Virus record (IMG/VR): IMGVR_UViG_2541047857_000009
DNA length: 64,000 nucleotides
Origin: a virus
Taxonomy: Duplodnaviria > Heunggongvirae > Uroviricota > Caudoviricetes
Direction: 5' to 3' (one strand)
Shown here piece by piece: positions 49,135 through 57,482 of this stretch; the stretch's first letter is position 1, and every line of letters starts with the position of its first letter. The translations under genes were made by a program, and so were the position numbers. The notes beneath the pieces are model-generated. The model ran no database searches. It was not told where the DNA came from and saw nothing but the letters and a program-made list of their open reading frames with translations.

Positions 49135-50097
49135 GTGAAAATTGTTTTCGAGGTTAATGGAAAGAAAGTTCCACTAAAATCTTTAAAATACATAAGCAAA
49201 AAAGATCAACTCGAAGTAATGAAAAACTGGTTCTTTGAAAACTTTGAAGATCCGGCAAATGCTTGTCCGTATGAAAGTAGAGAAGGTGGCTATGCTTACA
49301 TATATGGCGGGCCGTATGATGCGAGCGAAGAACTACAATCCATCTTCGGTCAATATGTTAAATCTGAGTATATTGAGGAATTAGTAGATGAATTACAAAC
49401 ACAATGTTTTGACTGGTCTGGAAACTCAAATAATATAGATGATTGGTACGATGATGATATCTACGACGCTGTAACGTCTTCCGGTAATCCGTATTTAAAA
49501 TTCATTGATAATATCGATAAAATAAAAAAACTTGCAAAAGATAAAACTGAACAACAGCAAAAAAACCACTTGCTTAGTTTGCTCTACACGAATGTTATTA
49601 CAGCTTTGGAAACGCTTTATGTTGAGCTATTCATTAATTCTATAGAGAAAGATGATGTCTACATAGCCAATTGTATAGAAAAAGGTAAGACTGAATTTAA
49701 AGTAAGCAAAGATATTGCTGCGTTGCCTTTCAAGGGTGAACCCATCGAGAAAATTAGGGGAGAGCTAATCAGGTCAATCAAGGAACACTTGATCAGTGCA
49801 AGCTGGCATAGCACTAAAAAGGTAATCGACCGCTATGAAGCTACATTCGATATAAAAGTACAAAAAGACTGTCCGATAGAAGCTATTGAATTGGCAACCC
49901 TCAATCGAAATCACTTAGTGCATCGTGGTGGAAAGGATAAAGAAGGGAACCTCGTAGTGATTACAGACCAGGATCTTGAAACGCTGATTGAAAATGCATC
50001 GAACCTGGCAATTATGCTCTACAACAGTTTAAATGTAGCAACGAATAAAACCACCATTTTGCAACCAGATGACAAACCGTTCATTCATGAATTTTAA
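49135..50097 (+). CDS. Candidate defence protein A: unknown N-terminal domain plus C-terminal HEPN-like RNxxxH motif
   Basis: AT-rich ORF; GTG 49135 with AAGGGAG SD (alt ATG 49075 with AAGGAGG); C-terminal LATLNRNHLVHRGG. Confidence 0.6.
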   Translation: MKIVFEVNGKKVPLKSLKYISKKDQLEVMKNWFFENFEDPANACPYESREGGYAYIYGGPYDASEELQSIFGQYVKSEYIEELVDELQTQCFDWSGNSNNIDDWYDDDIYDAVTSSGNPYLKFIDNIDKIKKLAKDKTEQQQKNHLLSLLYTNVITALETLYVELFINSIEKDDVYIANCIEKGKTEFKVSKDIAALPFKGEPIEKIRGELIRSIKEHLISASWHSTKKVIDRYEATFDIKVQKDCPIEAIELATLNRNHLVHRGGKDKEGNLVVITDQDLETLIENASNLAIMLYNSLNVATNKTTILQPDDKPFIHEF

Positions 50098-50112
50098 TAG
50101 CGCAGGTCATAC

Positions 50113-51114
50113 ATGGATATTCGCACACGAAAGACAAAATTTTTAGAGTCGTTAGATTCAACTGAAGTGATACGCAAAGCAGTAAGTCTCGCTATAGATT
50201 GCATTATTGATAATCATAATAGTAATGAAGATACCCCCTTAGTTATTACCAGCTATGATGATCTCTGTAGAATCCAGGTGCTAAATTATGTACAGGAGTT
50301 TTGCGAAGCTGCATTCCCTGATATGGATGAATATTACTTTAGTCCTAACATACTTCGCATCAACGGCAAGACTAGTGAAGAAGCTTGTATTAACTTAATT
50401 AAACTCTTAAGAAGTACAAAAGGCATGCTATTCTGGTCCGATGCCCCATCGTGGTTCGCTAGCCTCCCCGACGGATTATTCCATGTTGTTAACATTGATC
50501 AAAAAATCGTTACTCGCGGCCTTAATAAGAAAAACTCTAAGCCGACAATAATCAATAAAGATTACAGTGTAGATACACTACTATCAGAGCTATTTTTGAA
50601 TGGCGCACACATGGAGCAACCCAACGTACACAACGTTTCTGAGGGAAACATGAAGTTCTATGATGAATGCCATGCTGGATTAATCAGACCAATACCCGCT
50701 CCAATAGGCGCGTCATACGATGAAGAGATCACAATTAATTCTCCAGATTGGCAAAAGCTCGCGTGTGTAGCTTTACGCCGCTATCAGTCGAAGGAATGTC
50801 ATGACGGAATGCAATGGGATACAACCGATCATGGTTGGACTGATGTAATCGCGTATCCATTCGTCGAAGAAATACAATCAATGGATAATAGTGGTTATCG
50901 ACAATGTTTAGTTGGGCTGGTCACAATAAACAATTCAAATGCAAATTCTCCGTACCTATCTACCGTTTGGATACATCCATTTTATCGCAGGAGAGGGTTA
51001 TTAAGTAAGTTATGGCCAAAATTACAAGAGTTATATGGAAGTAACTTCGAAATTGAGCGACCTAATGAAAATATGAAAGCATTTCTGAAAAGTGCGAAAC
51101 ACGCAGATTACTAA
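50113..51114 (+). CDS. Candidate defence protein B: unknown N-terminal domain plus C-terminal GNAT-like region
   Basis: AT-rich ORF 15 nt after protein A; C-terminal LVGLVTI...VWIHPFYRRRGLLSKLW resembles GNAT motif A. Confidence 0.6.
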   Translation: MDIRTRKTKFLESLDSTEVIRKAVSLAIDCIIDNHNSNEDTPLVITSYDDLCRIQVLNYVQEFCEAAFPDMDEYYFSPNILRINGKTSEEACINLIKLLRSTKGMLFWSDAPSWFASLPDGLFHVVNIDQKIVTRGLNKKNSKPTIINKDYSVDTLLSELFLNGAHMEQPNVHNVSEGNMKFYDECHAGLIRPIPAPIGASYDEEITINSPDWQKLACVALRRYQSKECHDGMQWDTTDHGWTDVIAYPFVEEIQSMDNSGYRQCLVGLVTINNSNANSPYLSTVWIHPFYRRRGLLSKLWPKLQELYGSNFEIERPNENMKAFLKSAKHADY

Positions 51115-51225
51115 TTTATGAATCAGTCTGTGGAGTTAGGGTTGGTGTCAACAAGTAGGGTAAGAGCCTCAACGTGATGCTATGCCGACCTGCTCCCTGA
51201 GAATTCACACAGAAGGCTGCTAGCA

Positions 51226-51516
51226 ATGTCTGCAGATCGCTCAAAGCGGACTAGAAGGTTAGCTTGCGTCGGACTTGGCGTATTTAAAGAAGTGCTGGTG
51301 GTGACTGGTTGTTGTGTTCCATTTCTACAGAACAAAATCACAGAAACTATACCCAATAGTTATATTGAATCAATGATGAGACAGCCTCATATTTATCAGA
51401 ACTGGTGTACGTCCAATACAGGAGGTTGTCGTGCTGGTTCTCAAATGTGCGCTAGCTATTGCGGCTGTAATGGCAATTTATTGTCTTGCTGTTGTTCTTA
51501 TGGATCGCCTTTCTGA
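51226..51516 (+). CDS. Cys-rich small protein (hypothetical)
   Basis: C-terminal CTSNTGGCRAGSQMCASYCGCNGNLLSCCCSYGSPF; AT-rich; start uncertain. Confidence 0.35.
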   Translation: MSADRSKRTRRLACVGLGVFKEVLVVTGCCVPFLQNKITETIPNSYIESMMRQPHIYQNWCTSNTGGCRAGSQMCASYCGCNGNLLSCCCSYGSPF

Positions 51517-51731
51517 TTGATTTTATATTGGCGAGGTGACGGGAGTTAAGTAGAATTGCTGCGGGTGCTTGAGGCTATCTGCCTCAGGCATGAACACCAA
51601 AGGCAGATAGAGAAAAGCCCCAGTTAATATTACGCGTCCTGCAAGACGCTTAACATTAATCTGAGGCTCAATCTATGAACGGCAAATCTAGGTTAGCCTC
51701 TTACGTGCCGAAAGGCAAGGAGAAGCAGGCT

Positions 51732-51887
51732 ATGAAGCAGCAAAAGGCGATGTTAATCGCCCTGATCGTCATCTGTTTAACCGTCATAGTGACGGCACTG
51801 GTAACGAGGAAAGACCTCTGCGAGGTACGAATCCGAACCGGCCAGACGGAGGTCGCTGTCTTCACAGTTTACGAACCTGAGGAGTAA
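51732..51887 (+). CDS. hokD: Hok-family type I toxin (HokD-like)
   Basis: MKQQKAMLIALIVICLTVIVTALVTRKDLCEVRIRTGQTEVAVFT matches recalled HokD almost exactly. Confidence 0.85.
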   Translation: MKQQKAMLIALIVICLTVIVTALVTRKDLCEVRIRTGQTEVAVFTVYEPEE

Positions 51888-52054
51888 GAGACCCGGCGAG
51901 GGAGAAATCCCTCGCCACCTCTGATGTGTCAGGCATCCTCAACGCACCCGCACGTAACCCGCTTCGGCGGGTTTTGTTTTTTCCTGGCATTCTGGTTTAC
52001 AATTCGCACGCCAGCCTGAACAACTGGCACCTGCTGCGCCAGCAGAGACAACCG

Positions 52055-52333
52055 ATGGCGCACGATACCAAATTACACAATTCTGATGATTCTGCCGTCT
52101 TTGCCAGCAGGCACGGGCGGCGTTCCCGCACTTTCAAATCTGACTGGTTCCAGCATCCCCCATGCACTGAAGAACAGGCCGAGTGGCTAATTCAGTGCTA
52201 CCGCAGACACGGATACGAGATTAAGAAAGCCCTCAGCCTCGATTATCGTCACTGGATAATCTCCGTCAGGCTTCCTTACTCCGAACGATCACCGCGTCCG
52301 TCCCGCACATTCCAGCAACGCATCTGGAGGTAA
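52055..52333 (+). CDS. Hypothetical protein (start uncertain)
   Basis: Internal Met of listed ORF 51926..52333; start overlaps next gene. Confidence 0.4.
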   Translation: MAHDTKLHNSDDSAVFASRHGRRSRTFKSDWFQHPPCTEEQAEWLIQCYRRHGYEIKKALSLDYRHWIISVRLPYSERSPRPSRTFQQRIWR

Positions 52334-52334
52334 C

Positions 52335-53381
52335 GTGCGAGTATTACTTCGACCTGTTCTGGTACCGGAACTCGGGCTGGTGATCGTTAAGCCGGGCCGT
52401 GAATCCATGCCGGTATTCCACAATACCCGGGTACTGGTGGAGCCGGAACCGAAAAGCATGCGTAATCTGCCGTCCGGGGTTGTTCCTGCCGTTCGCCAGC
52501 CGCTAGTGGAAGACAAAACATTGCTGCCGTTTTTCAGTAACGCACGGGTGATTCGTGCTGCTGGTGGTGCTGGTGCATTGTCTGACTGGCTGTTGCGCCA
52601 TATTAAATCCTGCCAGTGGCCACACGGCGATTATCATCACAGCGAAACCGTCATTCACCGTTATGGTACCGGCGCAATGGTGTTGTGCTGGCACTGCGAC
52701 AACCAGCTGCGTGACCAGACATCCGAATCACTCGAGCAACTTGCTCATCAAAACCTGTCAGCATGGATGATTGACGTCATACTCCATGCAATGAATGGCT
52801 CGCAGGAACGGGAATTATCGCTGGCTGAATTATCCTGGTGGGCGGTCCGCAATCAGGTGGCGGACGCGCTACCGGAAGCGGTATTACGTCGTTCGCTGGG
52901 GTTGCGTGCGGAAAAAATCCGCTCAATGTACCGTGAAAGCGACATCGTACCGGGAGAGCAGACCGCCACCAGCATACTGAAGCAGCGCACAAAAAATCTT
53001 GCGCCGCTGCCTCACGCCCACCAGCAAAACCCGCCACAGGAAGAGACGGTGGTCAGCATTGCCGTTGATCCTGAGTCTCCGGAATCTTTCATGAAACGAC
53101 CTAAACGTCGCCGCTGGGTTAACGAGAAATACACACGCTGGGTGAAGACACAGCCGTGTGCGTGTTGTGGTAAGCCAGCCGACGATCCCCATCACCTGAT
53201 TGGTCATGGTCAGGGCGGAATGGGGACAAAATCTCACGATATTTTCACGCTACCGCTGTGTCGGGAGCATCACAACGAGCTTCATGCGGATCCTCTGGCG
53301 TTCGAAGAAAAGCATGGTTCTCAGGTTGATTTAATTTTTCGTTTTCTTGATCACGCCTTTGCAACTGGCGTGCTTGGGTAA
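52335..53381 (+). CDS. DUF968 protein (YdfU-like, HNH-like C-terminus)
   Basis: C-terminal CACCGKPADDPHHL...CREHHNELH metal-binding motif; nin-region position. Confidence 0.7.
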   Translation: MRVLLRPVLVPELGLVIVKPGRESMPVFHNTRVLVEPEPKSMRNLPSGVVPAVRQPLVEDKTLLPFFSNARVIRAAGGAGALSDWLLRHIKSCQWPHGDYHHSETVIHRYGTGAMVLCWHCDNQLRDQTSESLEQLAHQNLSAWMIDVILHAMNGSQERELSLAELSWWAVRNQVADALPEAVLRRSLGLRAEKIRSMYRESDIVPGEQTATSILKQRTKNLAPLPHAHQQNPPQEETVVSIAVDPESPESFMKRPKRRRWVNEKYTRWVKTQPCACCGKPADDPHHLIGHGQGGMGTKSHDIFTLPLCREHHNELHADPLAFEEKHGSQVDLIFRFLDHAFATGVLG

Positions 53382-53393
53382 AAGAGGTGACTG

Positions 53394-53768
53394 ATGCTCA
53401 TAGATTTGGTTTTACCTTACCCGCCGACGGTGAACACTTACTGGCGACGCCGTGGCAGCACATATTTTATCTCGGAGGAGGGAAAGCGTTATCGCCGGGC
53501 TGTGGCGCTTATTGTTCGCCAGCAGCGGCTGAAATTAAGCCTGTCCGGAAGGCTGGCGATAAAGGTGATTGCAGAGCCACCGGATAAGCGTCGTCGCGAC
53601 CTGGACAATATCCTGAAAGCACCGCTGGATGCGCTGACGCATGCGGGAGTGTTAATGGACGATGAGCAGTTTGATGAAATCAATATCGTTCGTGGTCAGC
53701 CAGTATCTGGTGGACGTATGGGGGTGAAGATTTACCCCATAATGCATGAAGAGCAGGTCAAAAAATGA
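53394..53768 (+). CDS. RusA-family Holliday junction resolvase
   Basis: PPTVNTYW and RRDLDNILKAPLDALT motifs; upstream of Q. Confidence 0.8.
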   Translation: MLIDLVLPYPPTVNTYWRRRGSTYFISEEGKRYRRAVALIVRQQRLKLSLSGRLAIKVIAEPPDKRRRDLDNILKAPLDALTHAGVLMDDEQFDEINIVRGQPVSGGRMGVKIYPIMHEEQVKK

Positions 53769-54586
53769 AACTGGAAGATTTACCGAAATACTACTCCCCA
53801 AAATCCCCTGGCCTGACCGATGCATCGGCCTCAACGTCAAAAGATGCGCTGAGTATCACTGATGTGATGGCCGCGCAGGGCATGACACAGAATCGGGCTG
53901 AGATGGGGTTTTCTGCGTTCCTGGGGAAAATGGGCATCAGTATGAATGACAGGGCGCGGGCAACAGAATTACTGGCAGATTATGCACTCAGTCGGTGCGA
54001 TCGTGTGGCGGCGTTGAGAAAACTTCCGGCAGAAATAAAACCGGTAGTGATGCGCATTATGGCTTCGTATGCGTTTGAAGATTATGCCCGTAGCGCGGCG
54101 AGCAAAAAACAGTGCCCTTGCTGTCACGGAAAAAAATTTATTGAAAGCGAGGTTTTTACAAACAAGATCCAGTATCCGGATGGTAAGCCACCAGTGTGGG
54201 CAAAGTGCACAAAAGGCGTGTATCCGTCTTACTGGGAAGAATGGAAAAAAGTCAGGGAGGTGGTAAAAGTTGCCTGTCCGGAGTGTGGCGGAAAGGGTGA
54301 GGTTTCCACCGCCTGTAAGGATTGCCGTGGGCGTGGTGTCGCCATTCATCGTGAAGAGTCGGTAAAACGTGGTATGCCTGTTATCAGAGATTGCCAGCGT
54401 TGTGGTGGTCGTGGCTGTGAAAGGCTGCCATCAACGGAGGCATTTAATGCCATATGCAAAGTGACGAGTGCTATCACGCTTGATACGTGGAAAAAATCAG
54501 TGAAACGCTTTTACGATACGTTGGTGGTTCGGTTTGACATTGAAGAGGCATGGGCGGAGCGGCAGTTAAAGAGGGTAACGCGATAG
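53765..54586 (+). CDS. Antiterminator Q (zinc-finger type)
   Basis: CPCCHG and CPECGGKGE...CKDCRGRG...CQRCGGRG zinc-binding motifs; followed by late terminator. Confidence 0.75.
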   Translation: MKLEDLPKYYSPKSPGLTDASASTSKDALSITDVMAAQGMTQNRAEMGFSAFLGKMGISMNDRARATELLADYALSRCDRVAALRKLPAEIKPVVMRIMASYAFEDYARSAASKKQCPCCHGKKFIESEVFTNKIQYPDGKPPVWAKCTKGVYPSYWEEWKKVREVVKVACPECGGKGEVSTACKDCRGRGVAIHREESVKRGMPVIRDCQRCGGRGCERLPSTEAFNAICKVTSAITLDTWKKSVKRFYDTLVVRFDIEEAWAERQLKRVTR

Positions 54587-54667
54587 TGTTGTTGATTTTT
54601 CCCGAATCTGTGGTAAATTTGCTCTAACGATGGGCGTTTTATGCCTGACGTTAGAAGATTTTTTACA

Positions 54668-54696
54668 CCCCGCCGCCTGGCGGGTTTTTTATGACT
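54668..54696 (+). terminator. tR'-like terminator downstream of Q
   Basis: CCCGCC-GCCT-GGCGGG hairpin followed by TTTTTTAT. Confidence 0.7.
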
Positions 54697-54810
54697 GAAA
54701 TCGCGTCAGTACAGTAAACGCGCTGGTGGCGGTGAATACCTGTCTTTCAGCTTGCTGGCTTTTTCGACAAGAGTTATTGGTGTGTCACGTTAACCGGAAA
54801 AGGAAAAGAC

Positions 54811-55008
54811 ATGCTAAAACAGCAGGATATGACAGAAACCGCCAGAGTGGTGTTTAATGAATTAAGCGTTACCGACCCGGCGACAGTCGGGGAGATAGCG
54901 CAGAATACTTACCTTTCACGCGAACGCTGCCAGTTAATACTGACTCAGCTGGTTATGGCGGGTCTGGCAGACTATCAGTTCGGTTGTTACAGACGCCTTC
55001 CGCAGTGA
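54811..55008 (+). CDS. Hypothetical small protein
   Basis: 65-aa ORF with AAAGGAAAAG SD-like sequence, followed by terminator. Confidence 0.45.
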   Translation: MLKQQDMTETARVVFNELSVTDPATVGEIAQNTYLSRERCQLILTQLVMAGLADYQFGCYRRLPQ

Positions 55009-55019
55009 AGGCTTTTTTA
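54995..55019 (+). terminator. Intrinsic terminator
   Basis: GCCTTC-CGCAGT-GAAGGC hairpin followed by TTTTTT. Confidence 0.6.
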
Positions 55020-55158
55020 TTTGTGGTAAATGGGCGGCTGGTGGGTGTTAGGGGCACCCACCAGCCATCTGCTCATGCGTCCGGATCACAAGCAAACCTC
55101 AGGCCCACTGCTTTGCGCAAAAGCAGAATGAGCCTATCAGAGACAGGCTTAATGATCC

Positions 55159-56208
55159 ATGCTTAATACTGTAAAAATATCCAGTTGTGAGTTAATCAAC
55201 GCCGACTGCCTGGAATTTATCCGGTCGTTACCCGAAAATTCTGTTGACCTGATAGTCACGGACCCGCCGTACTTTAAAGTGAAGCCTGAGGGCTGGGATA
55301 ACCAGTGGAAGGGCGACGATGATTACCTGAAGTGGCTGGACCAGTGTCTGGCGCAGTTCTGGCGGGTGCTGAAACCTGCCGGAAGTCTTTACCTGTTCTG
55401 TGGTCATCGCCTGGCATCTGATATCGAAATCATGATGCGTGAACGCTTCAGTGTGCTGAACCATATTATCTGGGCGAAGCCGTCCGGACGCTGGAACGGA
55501 TGCAACAAGGAAAGCCTGCGGGCGTATTTCCCCGCCACAGAGCGCATTCTGTTCGCGGAACATTATCAGGGGCCGTATCGTCCGAAAGATGCCGGGTATG
55601 CGGCGAAGGGCAGTGCACTGAAACAGCATGTGATGGCCCCGCTGATTTCTTACTTTCGTGATGCGCGCGCGGCCCTGGGGATAACGGCAAAACAGATTGC
55701 AGATGCCACAGGAAAGAAAAACATGGTGTCGCACTGGTTCAGTGCCAGTCAGTGGCAGCTACCGAATGAAAGCGATTATCTGAAATTACAGGCGCTGTTT
55801 GCCCGGGTGGCAGAAGAGAAGCATCGGCGTGGTGAACTGGAAAAGCTCCACCACCAGCTGGTGGATACGTATACCTCACTGAACCGGCAGTATGCGGAGC
55901 TGCTGAGTGAATATAAACATCTGCGGCGGTATTTTGGCGTGACGGTGCAGGTGCCGTATACCGATGTGTGGACGCATAAACCGGTGCAGTTCTATCCCGG
56001 GAAACATCCGTGCGAAAAACCGGCAGAAATGCTGCAGCAGATAATCAGCGCAAGTAGCCGTCCTGGTGATCTGGTTGCGGATTTTTTCATGGGGTCGGGT
56101 TCAACGGTAAAAGCGGCGATGGCACTGGGGCGTCGTGCGATTGGTGTTGAGCTGGAGACCGGACGTTTTGAGCAGACAGTCAGGGAAGTTCAGGATTTAA
56201 TCGTTTGA
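55159..56208 (+). CDS. DNA N6-adenine (or N4-cytosine) methyltransferase, orphan
   Basis: DPPY catalytic motif (VTDPPYF) and SAM-binding FFMGSGST; no adjacent restriction gene seen. Confidence 0.85.
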   Translation: MLNTVKISSCELINADCLEFIRSLPENSVDLIVTDPPYFKVKPEGWDNQWKGDDDYLKWLDQCLAQFWRVLKPAGSLYLFCGHRLASDIEIMMRERFSVLNHIIWAKPSGRWNGCNKESLRAYFPATERILFAEHYQGPYRPKDAGYAAKGSALKQHVMAPLISYFRDARAALGITAKQIADATGKKNMVSHWFSASQWQLPNESDYLKLQALFARVAEEKHRRGELEKLHHQLVDTYTSLNRQYAELLSEYKHLRRYFGVTVQVPYTDVWTHKPVQFYPGKHPCEKPAEMLQQIISASSRPGDLVADFFMGSGSTVKAAMALGRRAIGVELETGRFEQTVREVQDLIV

Positions 56209-56257
56209 AACGGATGAGATTGCAGAATTAATTACGCACCATTATTATTCTGCTCCC

Positions 56258-56333
56258 GGCCCTTTAGCTCAGTGGTGAGAGCGAGCGACTCATAATCGCC
56301 AGGTCGCTGGTTCAAATCCAGCAAGGGCCACCA
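56258..56333 (+). tRNA. tRNA with CAT anticodon (ileX/ileZ-like; Ile2 or Met)
   Basis: GGCCCTTTAGCTCAGTGG...CTCATAA...TTCAAATCC...GGGCCACCA; perfect acceptor stem. Confidence 0.85.
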
Positions 56334-56340
56334 TCACATA

Positions 56341-56417
56341 CCGCCATTAGCTCATCAGGAAAGAGCGCCAGCCTTCGAAGCTGGTTGCGCGGAGTTCGGG
56401 TCCCCGAAGGCGGTCCA
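56341..56417 (+). tRNA. tRNA-Arg-like (anticodon TCG), degenerate stems
   Basis: Clear anticodon arm CCAGC-CTTCGAA-GCTGG, D-stem GCTC/GAGC, T-loop TTCGGGT, 3' TCCA; mismatches in acceptor and T stems. Confidence 0.45.
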
Positions 56418-56440
56418 TTATCTGTATCCTGCGTTGTTAG

Positions 56441-56517
56441 CTCAGCCGGACAGAGCAATTGCCTTCTAAGCAATCGGTCACTGGTTCGAATCCAGTACAA
56501 CGCGCCACACTTATTTT
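56441..56517 (+). tRNA. tRNA-Arg (anticodon TCT)
   Basis: Perfect cloverleaf: acceptor GCGTTGT/ACAACGC, anticodon loop CTTCTAA, T-loop TTCGAAT, 3' GCCA. Confidence 0.85.
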
Positions 56518-56522
56518 CCCTG

Positions 56523-56548
56523 GCTCGCTTTTGCGGGCTTTTTTTTAA
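56523..56548 (+). terminator. Intrinsic terminator after tRNA cluster
   Basis: GCTCGC-TTTT-GCGGGC hairpin followed by TTTTTTTT. Confidence 0.6.
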
Positions 56549-56550
56549 AT

Positions 56551-56767
56551 GTCTCACAATTCAGGCGGTTGACTGTTGTCTGGTTTGCGGGGAGTTTGTT
56601 AAAAGAAACTGGCATGGTGAATCCCCCTGTGCGGAGGGGCAATCAGCGAGTAGGTATATGGGATAATCGCGGATTCAGGTGCTGGTACTGAATTCACCGG
56701 GAGGCACCCGGCACCATGCAATGGCACATAGCGCCACTCTCCAGCCCCTCTCCGGAGGGGCTTTTCT
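56551..56767 (+). ncRNA. Putative structured sRNA-like module, copy A
   Basis: Shares blocks CTCACAATTCAG, TTGACNGTTG, GCATGGTGAATCCCCCTG-GCGGAGGGGC, CACCGGGAGGCACCCGGCACCATG with copy B; ends in GCCCCTC-TCCG-GAGGGGC plus TTTTCT. Confidence 0.45.
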
Positions 56768-57020
56768 GTGCCGGATACATCACAGTTTCTGGAACCTTAG
56801 GTACTACAGTATCAGTCAGGGTGCTATATTTTCAGATGTGATGAAAGCCTGTCAGCAGGCAGGGCGTATCGGAAATGACCCAGTAGAGAAAACGTTGACT
56901 CAGATACCGGTGCTGAGTTACCGGGAAACCGGCATCACATGACCGCTATCCTTCCAGGCCCATCCGCTCCGGTGGGCCTTTTTACTGCAGAAAACAGGTT
57001 CCCCGTTAAATGCTATGTTG

Positions 57021-57253
57021 CTCACAATTCAGTAAGTTGACAGTTGCCTGTCAGACTGGGCATTTGTTAAAAAAATTTCGCATGGTGAATCCCCCTGAGC
57101 GGAGGGGCGACTGGTGACGGTATAATCTCTGATTATCAAAACGAGAATGACGCGGGTTTAGTGGCACCGGGCTGAACTCACCGGGAGGCACCCGGCACCA
57201 TGTGCATGATGATACAGATACGCGGCTTTAGCCCCTCTCCGGAGGGGTTTTCT
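57021..57253 (+). ncRNA. Putative structured sRNA-like module, copy B
   Basis: Same conserved blocks and terminal hairpin as copy A; contains TATAAT near 57130. Confidence 0.45.
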
Positions 57254-57482
57254 TGTGGGCAAAAAAAGCCCGCGCTGGGAGACGCGGGCGGCAAGGAATA
57301 AACAATAAAACGTGAAGTAATATTTCAGCTGGCGAATAATACCCCATAGTAATCACTCTGCGCAACTGCGCGGTCTTTTTCGAATTGCGGGCTGTCGTCT
57401 CTCTTCTGCCATTGTCCTGTAACTTCCGGACTTCAGCCCGCTCCTTATTTTACTCACAATATTATCCCGGCCGGGAGGATTC

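Noticed and set aside
51675-51731. Upstream in-frame extension of hok (MNGKSRLASYVPKGKEKQA)
   Set aside because: Hok peptides are about 50 aa and start at MKQQK; the extension lies in the structured leader and is more likely untranslated or mok-like context than part of the toxin.
56551-57253. Tandem repeats considered as a CRISPR array
   Set aside because: Only two long (over 200 nt) units with internal structure and terminators and no short repeat-spacer periodicity; no cas genes in the window. No CRISPR array was found anywhere in the window.
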